This document shows, piece after piece, positions 45,990 through 57,778 of a stretch of DNA of 64,000 bases; within the stretch, counting starts at the first letter, position 1, and the number at the start of each line of letters is the position of its first letter. Source of the stretch: Selaginella moellendorffii (lineage: Eukaryota; Plantae; Lycopodiophyta); contig NW_003314291.1 in assembly GCF_000143415.4 (NCBI RefSeq), positions 1,007,702-1,071,701 of the forward strand, in the 5' to 3' direction. The position numbers and the translations under genes are program-made. The notes beneath the pieces were generated by a model. That model was given only the letters and a program-made list of their open reading frames with translations, had not been told where the DNA came from and ran no database searches.

Positions 45990-48975
45990 TTAAGGATCTT
46001 GCCAAAATTTATTGTATATAAATATTTTTTGTGGATATTAAAACAACAAAAATAATGTAGTGAGATGATGATCCATCCGAGAAAATTAATTAGGAAAATT
46101 TCAAAAGCTTGTTTAGTAAACTAAAGTATGAAATTTTTTTTACTCTATAAATTTTTAATGAAGATGAATTTTTTTTTAATTTCTTAAGTATTTTAAAATA
46201 TAACTAACATCTTATTTTCGTTCAAACTACAACTTTAAGTCTACACAAGTTTATCTTGATCTCTATCACATATACAAAAACATTTAGTAACAATTAAGTT
46301 ATTTAAATGCAAACTTATAGTTTGAAAAAAAGAAAAGATGTTGGTTGTGTTTTAGAAACATTTTAAAAATTAAAGCTTTTTATCTTCACCAAGAAATCTT
46401 AAAGCAAAAAATTTTTAAACTTTAATTCATCAAAAAAACTTTTGAAATATTTCTAATTAAATTTTTCATAAAAATAAATTATTATCTTACCACATATAAA
46501 AGGGATATTATTTTCTTGTCTCAATATATATAAAAGAAAATTGATCTCTACTTAAATTAAAATATCTTACCAAATGGTTAAAATTTTATAAAGTGTATAT
46601 TAATTCATTTTGTGATTATTAGAACAAAAAAAATAATATACTTTATATGTGTAATGAGATGGTGATTTAGCTGTCTAAGAGAATTAATTAGGAAAATTTT
46701 AAAAGTATTTTTGTAAACTAATTTTTAAAGATTTTTTTACTCTATAAATTTTTTGTGAAAATGGAGAAGCTTTAATTTTTAAAGTATTTCTAAAACACAA
46801 CTAACATTTTATTTTTATTTAAACTAGAAATTTGAGGCCACACAGGTTTATTTTGGTATCTATTATATATGCAAAAACATATAGTGAACAATTAAGTTAT
46901 TTGAATGCAAAGTTATAGTTTGAAAAAAAAAAGATATTGGTTATATTTTGACAATATTTTAAAAATTAAAGCTTTTTTTTCCTCACCAAAAAATCTTAAA
47001 GCAAAGAAATTTTTAAACTTTAATTCGTTAAATAAACTTTCAAAATATTTCTCATTAACTATCTTACACAGATAAATTACTATCTCACCAAACATATAGA
47101 AGATGTTATTTTATTGTTCCAATATTTATGAAAATAAATTGATTTTTTTGTATTTAAATTTGCCAAAAAATTTTAATCTAATTAAAAGAACTTAAGAAAT
47201 GGTTAAAATTTTATAAAGTGTATATGAATTCTTTTTATAGATATTAGGATAACAAAAATAATATACTTTATATGTGTAGTAAGATTATGTCACAAATGTG
47301 ACTTCAGGTATCGAAAGATACGTGTCGGCCAGTCCTTACGGACACTTTTTCCTTATTACTATGACGGCAGGAGGTTAGTACAGTTGGGTCCCTTTATCGT
47401 TCCCTCTTGAGTTAGTTGAGAAACTGGTCAATGACCTTGCACTTAAATTAGATAAACATAAGGTAGGAACCCTATGTGTTTCTTGCTAAGCATACTTGGC
47501 CTGGTTTGAGAAACTCGTGTCATTGATTTGCATTTGCTAGTATTAAGAACCCCCACGATATTGAGACTAGTCCCTCAATATCGCCGAATGATAACTTACC
47601 GTGTATGCCAAACATGCTCGCTATTATGCCCTTTGTGTTAGTCTCATTTCGGTCTCAAATGTTATTTGTGGAAAGTGTCTAAATTTGCTCATTTGGCATA
47701 TCTACAGAATGTAGAGGTCGGCCTGAACACAATGGTGTTCGTCTCATGTCCAAATTCACAATTTAGCGCCATTCCATATTTAATAAATTTCGAGTTTGTC
47801 TTAGAGACTAACTCCTGATACTAAGGGAGGCTTGGGGTGAAAGCCCAAAGCATGTGTCTTTCAAGGGGGGAGGGGGGGGGGGGGGGACACGCGGGCTTCT
47901 AAATGTATAGTAAGGATAGTGGTTGAAATGCATGTCTAACCATCTGAGATATTAGTTTGGCTCCCGTTGGGCTGTGTTGCTCCTTGTTTTACGTTCGGCT
48001 TAAGTCTAAGCCCAAGTTCTACACTACTCTAGTCGGTGGGGTACCTTCTTCCTCGCATTAGGCCACTGGTATGCCAAAATTGTGCCAGACTCCGTCTGAC
48101 ACCATTTTGCGTGCAGGTGCTAGATACGGGGAGCTGGTGCTCGTGGGATTGTACCGGACCTTCATTTCGTAGTGCAACGGGCTTGGAGTTCAGCTCCAAA
48201 TTCATGTGCGCTATAGATTATGATCTAGCCATTTAAAATATTTAATTAGTAACATTTCAAAAGGTTTTTTAGTAAATTAATGTTTGAAGATTTATTTACT
48301 CTATGATTTTTTGTGAAAATAGAGAAATTTTAATTTTCACAATATTCATAAAACACAATCAACATTTTATTTTCATTCAAACTATAAGTTTGAATATAAA
48401 CAAGTTTGTTTTAAGGCTTGGGATTTAGAAGGTCCCATGTTTAAGTTTTATTATATTAAGGGATATTAAGAACCTCAAGACTTAATCTCTATCATATATG
48501 TAAAAGAATATAGTGAACAATTAACTATTTGAATACAAATTTGTAATTTGAACAAAATGAGATGTTGATTGTGTTTTAGCAACATTTTAAAATTAAAAGT
48601 TTTTTTGTTCTCACCAAGAAATATTAGAGCAAAAAAAGTTTTAAAACTTTAATTCATCAAGCAAACTTTCGAAATATTTCTAATTAACTATCTCACACAT
48701 TATCTCATCACACATATAAGGGATGCTATTTTGTTGTTATAATATTTATGAAAACAAAATGATTTTTCTCTACTTAAATTTCCAGCAAGAAATTTGATCT
48801 AATTATAAGATCTTACCAAATGATTAAAATTTTATAAACTGTATATCAATTCTTTTTATATATATTAAAAATAATATACTTTATATGTGTAGTAAGATGA
48901 TCTATCTTTTTGAAAGAATTAATTAAGAACATTTCAAAAGTTTACTTAGTTAACTAAAGTCTAAATATTTATCTA
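45990..48975 (+). repeat. AT-rich family-A array interrupted by an LTR-type insertion
   Basis: Unit anchors at ~46588 and ~47213. 47100-47287 plus 48216-48975 is the reverse complement of ~33460-34390. Confidence 0.8.
47288..48215. mobile_element. Probable solo LTR (928 bp) with 5-bp TSD GATTA
   Basis: gatta|TGTCAC...GCTATA|gatta. The paralogous empty site (reverse complement near 34208-34215) has a single gatta. Confidence 0.75.
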
Positions 48976-49249
48976 TTCTATGACATACACAACTCTTTCA
49001 TACTCACAATACCTGGGAAGGAGAACTTTTCCTATCTCTTTAAAGCAATGGCAGCATGATTTCTTTTTCAGATTATATAGTTCTACTCTTCCGCTTGGAG
49101 CATTCAACTTGTAGTTTGTAGAATTCCTCATAGAGGCTGTGATGGTCTCTGACGATCCATAAATACATGTAGTGTGCTCTTGGTCAGTGTACTTATGAGC
49201 AACTCTCTTGATTATATGCATGTATTTTAAGGATTGTAAGAGTTCTCAA

Positions 49250-50340
49250 GACCAAGCCTGAAGATCCAGACCTTCAATTCATTGATGGATACCACCAAGT
49301 TCGAGCAAGCCTTAAGCAAGCATTCATGGTGGAGTGATGGTGATGGACAATCTTTGCAAAGTTCTTGAGCTTCCATTCCATCAAAAATCTTGGGCGCTTC
49401 AATGATGTTCCAAACACAATAGGTTGTGCCTTCACAAAGTTCATGAGACCTTGCTACAACTAAATCTTGTGTGCTCTACATGGACAAGATCGGTCCTTCC
49501 TGCCACATGAATATTGCTTTTACTTGACCCTTGTTAAGATATTCAAAATGTCAACAGCCAGGTATTTCATGATAATAGGCATGTTCTTTAATTGAACTGA
49601 TTCTCCTAATACTTACCTCTTCCAGCTCCTGAATATATTCACCATGAGGACGTAAGCCAAGCTATCACCCCTGTCCTCCAGCTCCAAAAACTTCCCAAAC
49701 ACAAATTGAGCCACCTCGACGTTGTTCCACATTGAGCATGCACCGAGGAGCATCATCCAAGTCTGGGACGTCAGCGTAAGCGAACAAGTTCGCTCGGCCC
49801 AGCATGTCAATTGCTAAGTGATAGAAGTTTCGGTCTGGCACAGTCTCATGCTTCGAGACCGCTGTGTTGAAAAACTTCTTGCCTTTTTTGAGAAGGCCCG
49901 AACAGCTACAAGCAGCAATGATGTAGCACAAAGTTGTAGTGTCTGCTTGGAAACCTTCATCTCTCATCCTTCCAAAGTTCTCAAAAACTTGCACTAAGCT
50001 CCCTAGAGAGCTGTATCCTATAATGAGCACCATCCAGGCTATTGAATCTTTTGTTGCAGATGAATCAAAGACCACTGTGATTTGCCATAGAAATCCACCA
50101 GGCAGGATCATAAAGCTGGAATTTCTTCAAGTCTACTCTAGCAAGCGTCAACATGGACCTGTCTTCCAGCGTTTAGTGCCACAAGATCTTTGTAGGCCTT
50201 GAGTGCTGTCACCAAGACTCCAGTGTCCCTGCTCTGGAGACCACAAAGCTCTCGATGATTGTTGCAAAGAGCATAGATCTCGAGAGCCAGCTCTGGTTCT
50301 TCATTGTCAACATAGGCTTGCATCAACGTGGTGCTCGAGA
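49250..50340 (-). pseudogene. PPR (PLS/E-domain) remnant
   Basis: DSIAWMVLIIGYS..G, IAACSCSGLLKKG..F, IDMLGRAN, and E-domain WMMLLGACS..NVEVA..AYVLMVNIF. Frameshifted. Confidence 0.8.
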
Positions 50341-50510
50341 CAAGATTGTTAACTCATAGATCATAGTTTATAGAGTGTCAATTGCCATTAAAATAGTTGT
50401 TTTAAATAAGCAATTGAAAGAATAAAGAAATGGGAAGAAGGACTATTTGTACACTTTACACTTTAGCAATGGCATCTTTCACATCCTCTCTCTTCTGGAA
50501 GAGGACCAAC

Positions 50511-50708
50511 TGTAATACAAAAAGTAAAAGAATTTACTTTACTATTAATTCTTTCAATAAGATCAGAAAAGAAAGAATACTATCTTACGCATGATCTACA
50601 TATTCAAATCTAAAATTATAGCCATTCATTCACTGGCTAAATTCTTTCTTTTCTGATCTTATTGAGAGAACTAATAGTACAGTAAATTCTTTTACTTTTT
50701 GTATTACA
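50511..50708. repeat. Foldback element with 68-bp arms (MITE-like)
   Basis: 50511-50578 and 50641-50708 are reverse complements with 3 mismatches. Confidence 0.9.
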
Positions 50709-50762
50709 ATTGATTTTCTTAAGAAGAGAGAGAACCTTAAAACCAGTCTTGGACTCAACCTC

Positions 50763-51590
50763 TATAATGCATATGGTTTTTACCCTTTTTTATTATAGGA
50801 TAACCATGAAGTGGAACCTAAACCCTCCATGTGCCACATGTTATATGCTATATGTCACATGCCACGTATCAAAGAATAGTGGTGTGGAACCCGAGTTTTA
50901 GGGCCTTGGGCCACTGAATGAAGAAATGGTGCCAAACTCTCAAGCATGGAGCTAAGGAGCAATGGTATTGGAGCACAAAACGACTCATGAGCATACAACC
51001 CAAAGAGTGAAGGGACAGGAGCACGAAGCAACTTGGAATAGTTCTAGAGTGTCCAATATCCTAAGGCCAGGACCAGCATACAAAACGGAGCCAAATGGAG
51101 TCTAGTGCTATTTCAGCATATTGATGGCTTAACGCAAGGACATGGGTACTCCACCAGCTTGCATGGAATGGAACTTGGGCTTAGACCCAAGCCGGATATA
51201 GAATAAAGACAAACACGCAAGCAAGAGCTAGACTATACCTTAGGTTGGTCGGCTATGCCCGACCTACCCATTATCCTTGCTATACATTTCGAACCCCCCA
51301 TAGCCCCCCCAAGGGAAGATCAATGTCCTCATCAATGCATATTTGAGTTCACAGTGATCACACTATGTGAGAAATACACCAACTAAGCAACCTCTTTATC
51401 TAATGTAGATGCACTTCCAGCTCAGACACCTTTTGACTGTCTCCAACAAGGAAATGACCAACGGAGTTAGCCACCCTTGCTACTCTAGGTGTCACTGTAG
51501 CGCATGTGGTTTTTACCCTTTATCCTATGGTGATTTACCATAGGATAACACCACGAAGTGGAACCTAAATCCTCTTTATGCCACATAACA
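50763..51590 (+). mobile_element. LTR-like sequence with a tandemly repeated LTR start
   Basis: tataatgcatatggtttttacccttt..ataggataac..gaagtggaacctaaa at 50763 recurs as tgtagcgcatgtggtttttacccttt.. at 51497. Confidence 0.5.
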
Positions 51591-53231
51591 CCGGTATCCT
51601 ATAATGAGCACCATCCAGAGGGTGCGATTGCGGGGGGTTCCAAAAATATACTAGGGGGAAAGTGTGGGGGTTGAACCCTAGGGGAACCAATTTGGCTAGG
51701 AAAGGCCAGTGTGGCCCAGGAAGGCTATACCCATGTGTTGGGTGATGGTATAACTACTAAGAAGTCCAAGGCTAAAGTGAATATGGATAGACAAGCAAGG
51801 TAGATTGGTGAAGTGTTCAAGAGCCCGCTCTAGCTCCCCCGGGAGATTAAATGGTTAATGCTCCCAGTTCAAGTGTGGGTGGCAACCTACTTGGATACCT
51901 AGTGTGGCTTAACGAAACCTCACTCTAGCCCTATAGCTAAAGCACCCAAAGGTGAAAGGTGGGGAGAGTACCCAAGAGGCTCGCGTAGGGCCAAGTTTCG
52001 AGAATGACATCCATGCCACTTAACTTTTGCACTTGGTCTAAGTGCTCAATGTGTCCAGTCCCAAGACCAACACCCAAAGGTACCATTGACATATTAGCTT
52101 GTTACACCAAAGCCATGCCCATTCACCTTTGTCCCACTAGTGATCCACACCACTTATGTCACAGTCCTATCTTTCAAAGACTAGGCCATTCATTCATGAG
52201 TGACCATCCCAAATCCACTCCTTAACATTCTTAAGATGCTCACAACTATGGGGAATAACCTTCCCCAATATCCTTTTTTTGGTCCCCACCAAATCCCCTT
52301 TATATCCATAGCCATGTTCGCCAACACTGCCATTGGGTCAAAGCCCACAAGCTTAACCACTAAGTCCCATTGTCCCCTGGGACTTCCACACCATGTGATT
52401 GTGTTCTTGGTCACTACACCAGAGGACCACTCCTCTTCCTTTCCACAATTTGGGATTTTGGGACAACATTTTGGAACATTTGGAGGAACTAAGTTTCTAA
52501 ACTGTGATCTGTAGTATATAATAAGTATAATCTAGTGTACTAACATAAGGAGTTATGCTAGGCATCATGGGTGATGCCATCTGTAGATGCATATACAGAG
52601 GTTTAAGTCCCAACCCTCTAGTGTTTGGGTCAAGTCCGAACTCATTAGGGCATGGTGATGGTTTGGAATATGAGGACACTCATTTTTCGATGGTCATAGA
52701 CTCTTAGTAAGGAGATTGACTTAAGCACATTGCCAAACAAAGGATGTTAGGCACAAAGTTAAGATAATAGAAAGGGCCCTACAATTAAGTAATCACCCCT
52801 TTAGCTAGTTGGCTTAGGGTGTAAGGGATAGGATCCTAACAGGGGATGTCTCAAGGTCGTGATGCATAGTTAGATTTCTTAGTATGAAAGTTTGGCATAT
52901 CTAACTTGAACACTTTGGTGCAAGTGGTGAATAAGATAGGGACAACCAATTTTAGTTGCTATGGACCTTTAGCCGGAAAAGTTGGCTTGGGCGCACTGCC
53001 AAATGTGGGGGATGCCCCCGGGGTCATGGTCAACAATTTAAAGGTATAAAAGACTTAATACCTATTAACAAACTTATTAAGGTGTCAAGGTTAGATCACT
53101 AAGTGATTTTGAGGCTAAACAAGGACAACATCCTTGTGAGGTTAAGGAATAAAATTCTTAGTTCAAAGTGTTAATTTAAACTATTGGTAATGATGTGGTT
53201 TAGTCAAAGTGACCAAGTGGGAAGGACATAT

Positions 53232-53785
53232 TGTAAGTAACCAAAAGGAACGACTTGAGAGACGATCCATATTCAAGTATAGAGGGAAAGGGCCCATGAA
53301 TAAGAGTGTACCCCCTTTTCCAATCGGTTATAGGTCTTGGGATATTTGGGGTTAAGCGTCCTTGGGTTTGAATAGTATTGGGCTAGGTGACCTCCTGGGA
53401 AGTCCAAATTTAGGAGCTTACATTTGGTATTAGAGGGGTCTCGGGTCCAACTCTGTTGGTTGGCTTAGGGGAATCACACCACATGTTGATTGACATTTGG
53501 TAGATCCAGTTTACTCTGTTGGGCTCGACCCGAGGGGTAGGGTGTCAAGAGAGCGGGGCTCTTGCGAGAGTTGCGGCTCTCAATTTTCGTTCATGAGGGC
53601 GTGAACTTGCAAGGAAATACAGTGAATTATAAGCAACTAAAGGGAACGATTTGAGAGACGATCCATAATAGGGGTTCAAATATAGAGGGAAAGGGCCCAT
53701 AAACAAGAGTGTACTCCCTTTTCCAATCGGTTAATGGTCTTGGGATATTTAGGTTAAGTGTCCTTGGGTTTGAATAATACTGACT
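53232..53785 (+). mobile_element. Cassandra-like TRIM with 5S rRNA-derived LTR segment
   Basis: 5' LTR 53232-53422 (TGTAAG...CTTACA), PBS tggtattagag (tRNA-iMet type), ~205-bp non-coding interior, truncated 3' LTR from 53628. 53351-53405 matches the plant 5S rRNA internal promoter region at 46/55 ungapped, against the consensus as I recall it. Confidence 0.85.
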
Positions 53786-54619
53786 TGGCAAAGCAAAGCT
53801 TTGGTTCCGCACTTCATAGACTTGGCAAAGCAAAGCTTTTGCTATGGAACTAAAGAAATACCTCAAAAATTGGAGGTAATGATTTTATGTTGCGTGGTGC
53901 AATAAAGGATAGGAGCAAAAGATTAGTTGCCAAAAATGGGCCATATAAATCATTGAAAGGAATCCAAAAAACAAGTTAAATGAGGAACACTCATGAAGTG
54001 GATGCTAACGAATTATGGAAAAAGAATTATGTTTTCAATGATGGATTCCCAAATACTCCAATTTGGTGAAGGTAAAAGTTCCAAAAAAGATGGAGTAGTA
54101 AAGTAACCAAATGATATGGCCATAAATAACCCTAGTATGAATTATGGATAAATGGAAATTAGTGCTAAGGGTGGTATGAAATAATAGAGAGGATGATGGT
54201 GCCCTTAAATAAAGAACTTCCTAGGATGGGGAAGTGGTGTTTGCATAGCCAGTGTAATGCAAAGCATTGGACACACCTAAGAAATTGACTTCAGATATTA
54301 ATATTAAAGTTCCAGAATGTATGTTGGTAGAGCCCAAAACTACCCAGAATAAGTAGTAAAATTGAAATAAAGAGTGTGTTTTTAATGAGTTTAGCATGCC
54401 CTTATAAGCCCCAGATGATAGATGAAATTCAAAGAGATCAACATACTCTTTCATAAGGCAATCAACTGCTGCAATACAAAAACTATTGGAGGGATCGGAA
54501 AAAGGAAGAGAGAAACAATATAGAAATATAAGAAGAAGTAAAGGGGAGAAAGAAGTGATGGAAGTAGAGGTAAAAGTAGAGGGACAAAGAAGAACAAAAG
54601 TGAAAGAAATGGAAGAAAT

Positions 54620-57400
54620 ATAAGGTTTGATCACTTCCCGTGATTGCCACATATTATTCTTGGGATGATACTTAGCATTTGCATGAATTTCCCATATGTC
54701 TCTAAAAGACGACATTACAATGGTACAATGGTTTGAGTGCAGCCACTTGTAAAGATTAGAGCATTCTCTTGGACGTCATCAAATGCATATTTAGATATGC
54801 CGACAATTATAACTATGCCTTCTAACATTTGCATCATTTTTGTCAATGGCCAGCTGAGTCTATGATGCAATTTGGCATTCGGTTTTGAAGCCTCTTACTT
54901 CGTGCGGAGCTAAATATGTCAGAGCAAATTAAGTTTGGATTGTTATGGCTAGCACTTTGTCAAGATTTTGTAGGACTTAAGCATGCATTTGTTCTAACCA
55001 CTCTTGGTAATGCTCTTTGTTTGGCACAACATTATAAGATGTCACCTTTTCCACTTCTCGTTGTATGTCCTTCAACTCCACTTTTTGTGGGAAATGGTCC
55101 TATTCCAATGGATGTTGATGCTGCTACTGCCTGAGTTCAAGGACAAGGGCGAAGACATAATCATGGCTGTGATGTCCACTGTTGGGCATGTGATGAAGTT
55201 GGTTACACTTATTAGTGTTGTTAATGTTTTCAAGATTGGCAACCTCTATTTCCTAGATGGAGATTTTGGCATCAACAACGTTCTATTAGTGTTGTTATAA
55301 TAGAAGGTTTAGACATTGAGATGCTTTTGGGGAACAAGGAGTCACACAAGTAATGGAGGGATATTGTGCGAATAAGTCAGTGATTTCTTCATTTTTCTTT
55401 CAAGAGTATCATCAAGGGGTTCACTCGGCACCAGTTCAAATAGTATTTACTTTCCAAGCTCATTTTTATAAGAAGATGTCTCCTATTCTTCTCTCCATAT
55501 TGGTTGATACAAACTCGAATTTATCTTTTATTGCTCGGTTTATTGCCACATGTTCCCATTTATATTTGCATCGTGTGGCAAAACTAATTTTCATTATTTA
55601 TGGCAACAGCCATACACATGCATGTGCATGGGATGAGGCAAACTTGGTTGTGCGTGTAGGTGATCTCGAGCTTGAGTTGTAGTCATTATGGGTGGTGTTG
55701 AGTCAAGCTTTTGACCTCATCCTTAGTATGGATTGGTTGCGGTGCAATCATGCCAAGTATGACTTTTAGGCTTCTCCTCCTTGTCTCATACTTCCTTATA
55801 TTTCTTTCGTCTTAAGAACATCTTCCTCAGTCATCAGCACTTGCCAGTACCTAAAAGAAATATCTAACTTGGTAAACCAATGACTCCTCCCCAAACGATT
55901 CAAGAAATTAGTAGTGTGAGGAAGAGGGTACACAACTGGGATAGTTAATTTATTTAGTAGACGATAGTCAATGTAAAAGTGAATACTCTCATCAACCTTT
56001 GTCATATGATGAGGTTCATATGCCTAAGGACTCTGAGACTTTCGGATAACACCCTTCTCTAACATCTGCTTAATATTCATGCATAAAATTTTGATCTCCT
56101 TTAGTGACTAATATTGAATAAAAACCTTGATTAGATAAGCATTTCTTGAATATGATGATATGTTACAATCTCTGTTACAAATGACTAATCACAGTCGTAA
56201 AAATCAACATACTCCTTTTTGAGTTGGTCCACCACTATAGCACAAAGATCATTGGAGGTATCTAGAGAGGGAATAAAGGAGCAATATGGAAACACAATAG
56301 GAAAAAAGGGGGAGATAAAAGTGATCGAAGCTTAAGTAAAAGTGATGAAATAAAATAAATGGAAGAAATATGAGGAAGTATGAGACAAGAAGGAGAAGCT
56401 TTAAAGTCACACTTGGTATAATTGCATTATAACCAATAAATATTAAAAATAAAGTCAAAAACTTGACTCAACGCCATTTGCAATGATTGAAGTTCAAACT
56501 CGAGATCTTCTACATACACAATTAGATCCACCTTATACATTGCATATCCATAATGGCCATTGCCATAAAAAATGAAGAAAAAATAATAGAAGACCTTTTA
56601 TTATAAAATTGAGATTGGAAAATAAACACTGAATGAACTTGTGCTAAATAACCTATTGATGATACTTTTGAAAGAAGGATAGAGGGGTCACGAACTTATT
56701 CACGCAAAAACCCTCCATTACTTGTGTGACTCCTTATTTCCTAAAAAAATATTTGTGTTAAAACCTTCTATTGTAGCAACACTAATAAAATGTTATTGAC
56801 ACTAAGGCCTCCACCTAAGAAATGGAAGATGTCAATTTAGAAAACACTAACAATATCAATACGTGTGGCTAACTTCATCACACACTTAGTAATGGATATC
56901 ACAACTACAACAATGTCCTTACATTTGTTTTTTAACACAAGAAAAAGTAATATCAACCTCCATTGGAATAGAACTAACTTTAATAAAAAGTGGAGCTAAA
57001 AGACATGTAGTGAGAAATGGAAGAGGCACTATCTCATAACGTTGTGTTAATTGAATAATATCATTAAGAGTGGCTAGAGTAAACACATGCATAAATCCTA
57101 TAAGATCTTGACAAAGTGTTGGCCACAACATTCCTAACTTAATTTGCTACGACATGTTTAGTTCCAACATTGATTTAAATAGTCTTTGACAAAAATGATA
57201 CAATTGTTGGAAGACATCATCATAATCATCAGCATATCTAAATGCGTGCTTAAAAACGTCTAAGAGAATGCTCTAATCCACATGAGTGGCTGTGTTTAAA
57301 CCATTGTAAAATTGCAATATTGTTTCATGGAGATATATAAAAAACTCATGCAAAAGCCAACCATGACAAGTAATAATCACTGTAAAGTGATCAAACCAAT
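54620..57400. mobile_element. Decayed Ty3/gypsy gag-protease copies in inverted orientation around an RT fragment
   Basis: GPIPMDVD, ILVDTNSNLSFI and FDLILSMDWL on plus, with reverse-complement homologues at 56360-57400. RT motifs YIDYRLLNKLTI..YPLP..WFTKLDIS..YWQV at 55796-56005 (minus). Confidence 0.75.
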
Positions 57401-57778
57401 GGTATATATCATCCCTGAGATTCCCTTAATCAATTTGGAAGCACCATTAAAAAGCACCATTAATTCTTAAACCTCACTACTTTTGGAACCCCTACACAGG
57501 AGATGATCACTTTGCTTATGACTTGTATTAATCAAAGTTGCCCTCATCTCCATGGAAATTAAATATAAAAATATATATATTAATTAACCCAAAAACTTTA
57601 GCGAGTAAATGGACCAATCCAACTATTAAAATCCCACTATGCTAATATTAATATACATTTTAGCCATACCTCACAATATATCATTAAAGTGAATGCAAAG
57701 CTCAAAAATTCTATTGTATAAAAACAGTGTAAATAAATGTAAAGCTCAGTAATTCTATCCTATTAAAACAGTGTAGAC

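Noticed and set aside
52004-52679. DNA methyltransferase-like remnant (GQWDLVV)
   Set aside because: No catalytic PC or ENV motifs. The ORFs look like chance frames in decayed repeat sequence.
53351-53405. 5S rRNA gene
   Set aside because: Only the internal ~55 nt match, embedded in an LTR. The 5S 5' and 3' ends are missing, so it is treated as part of a TRIM.
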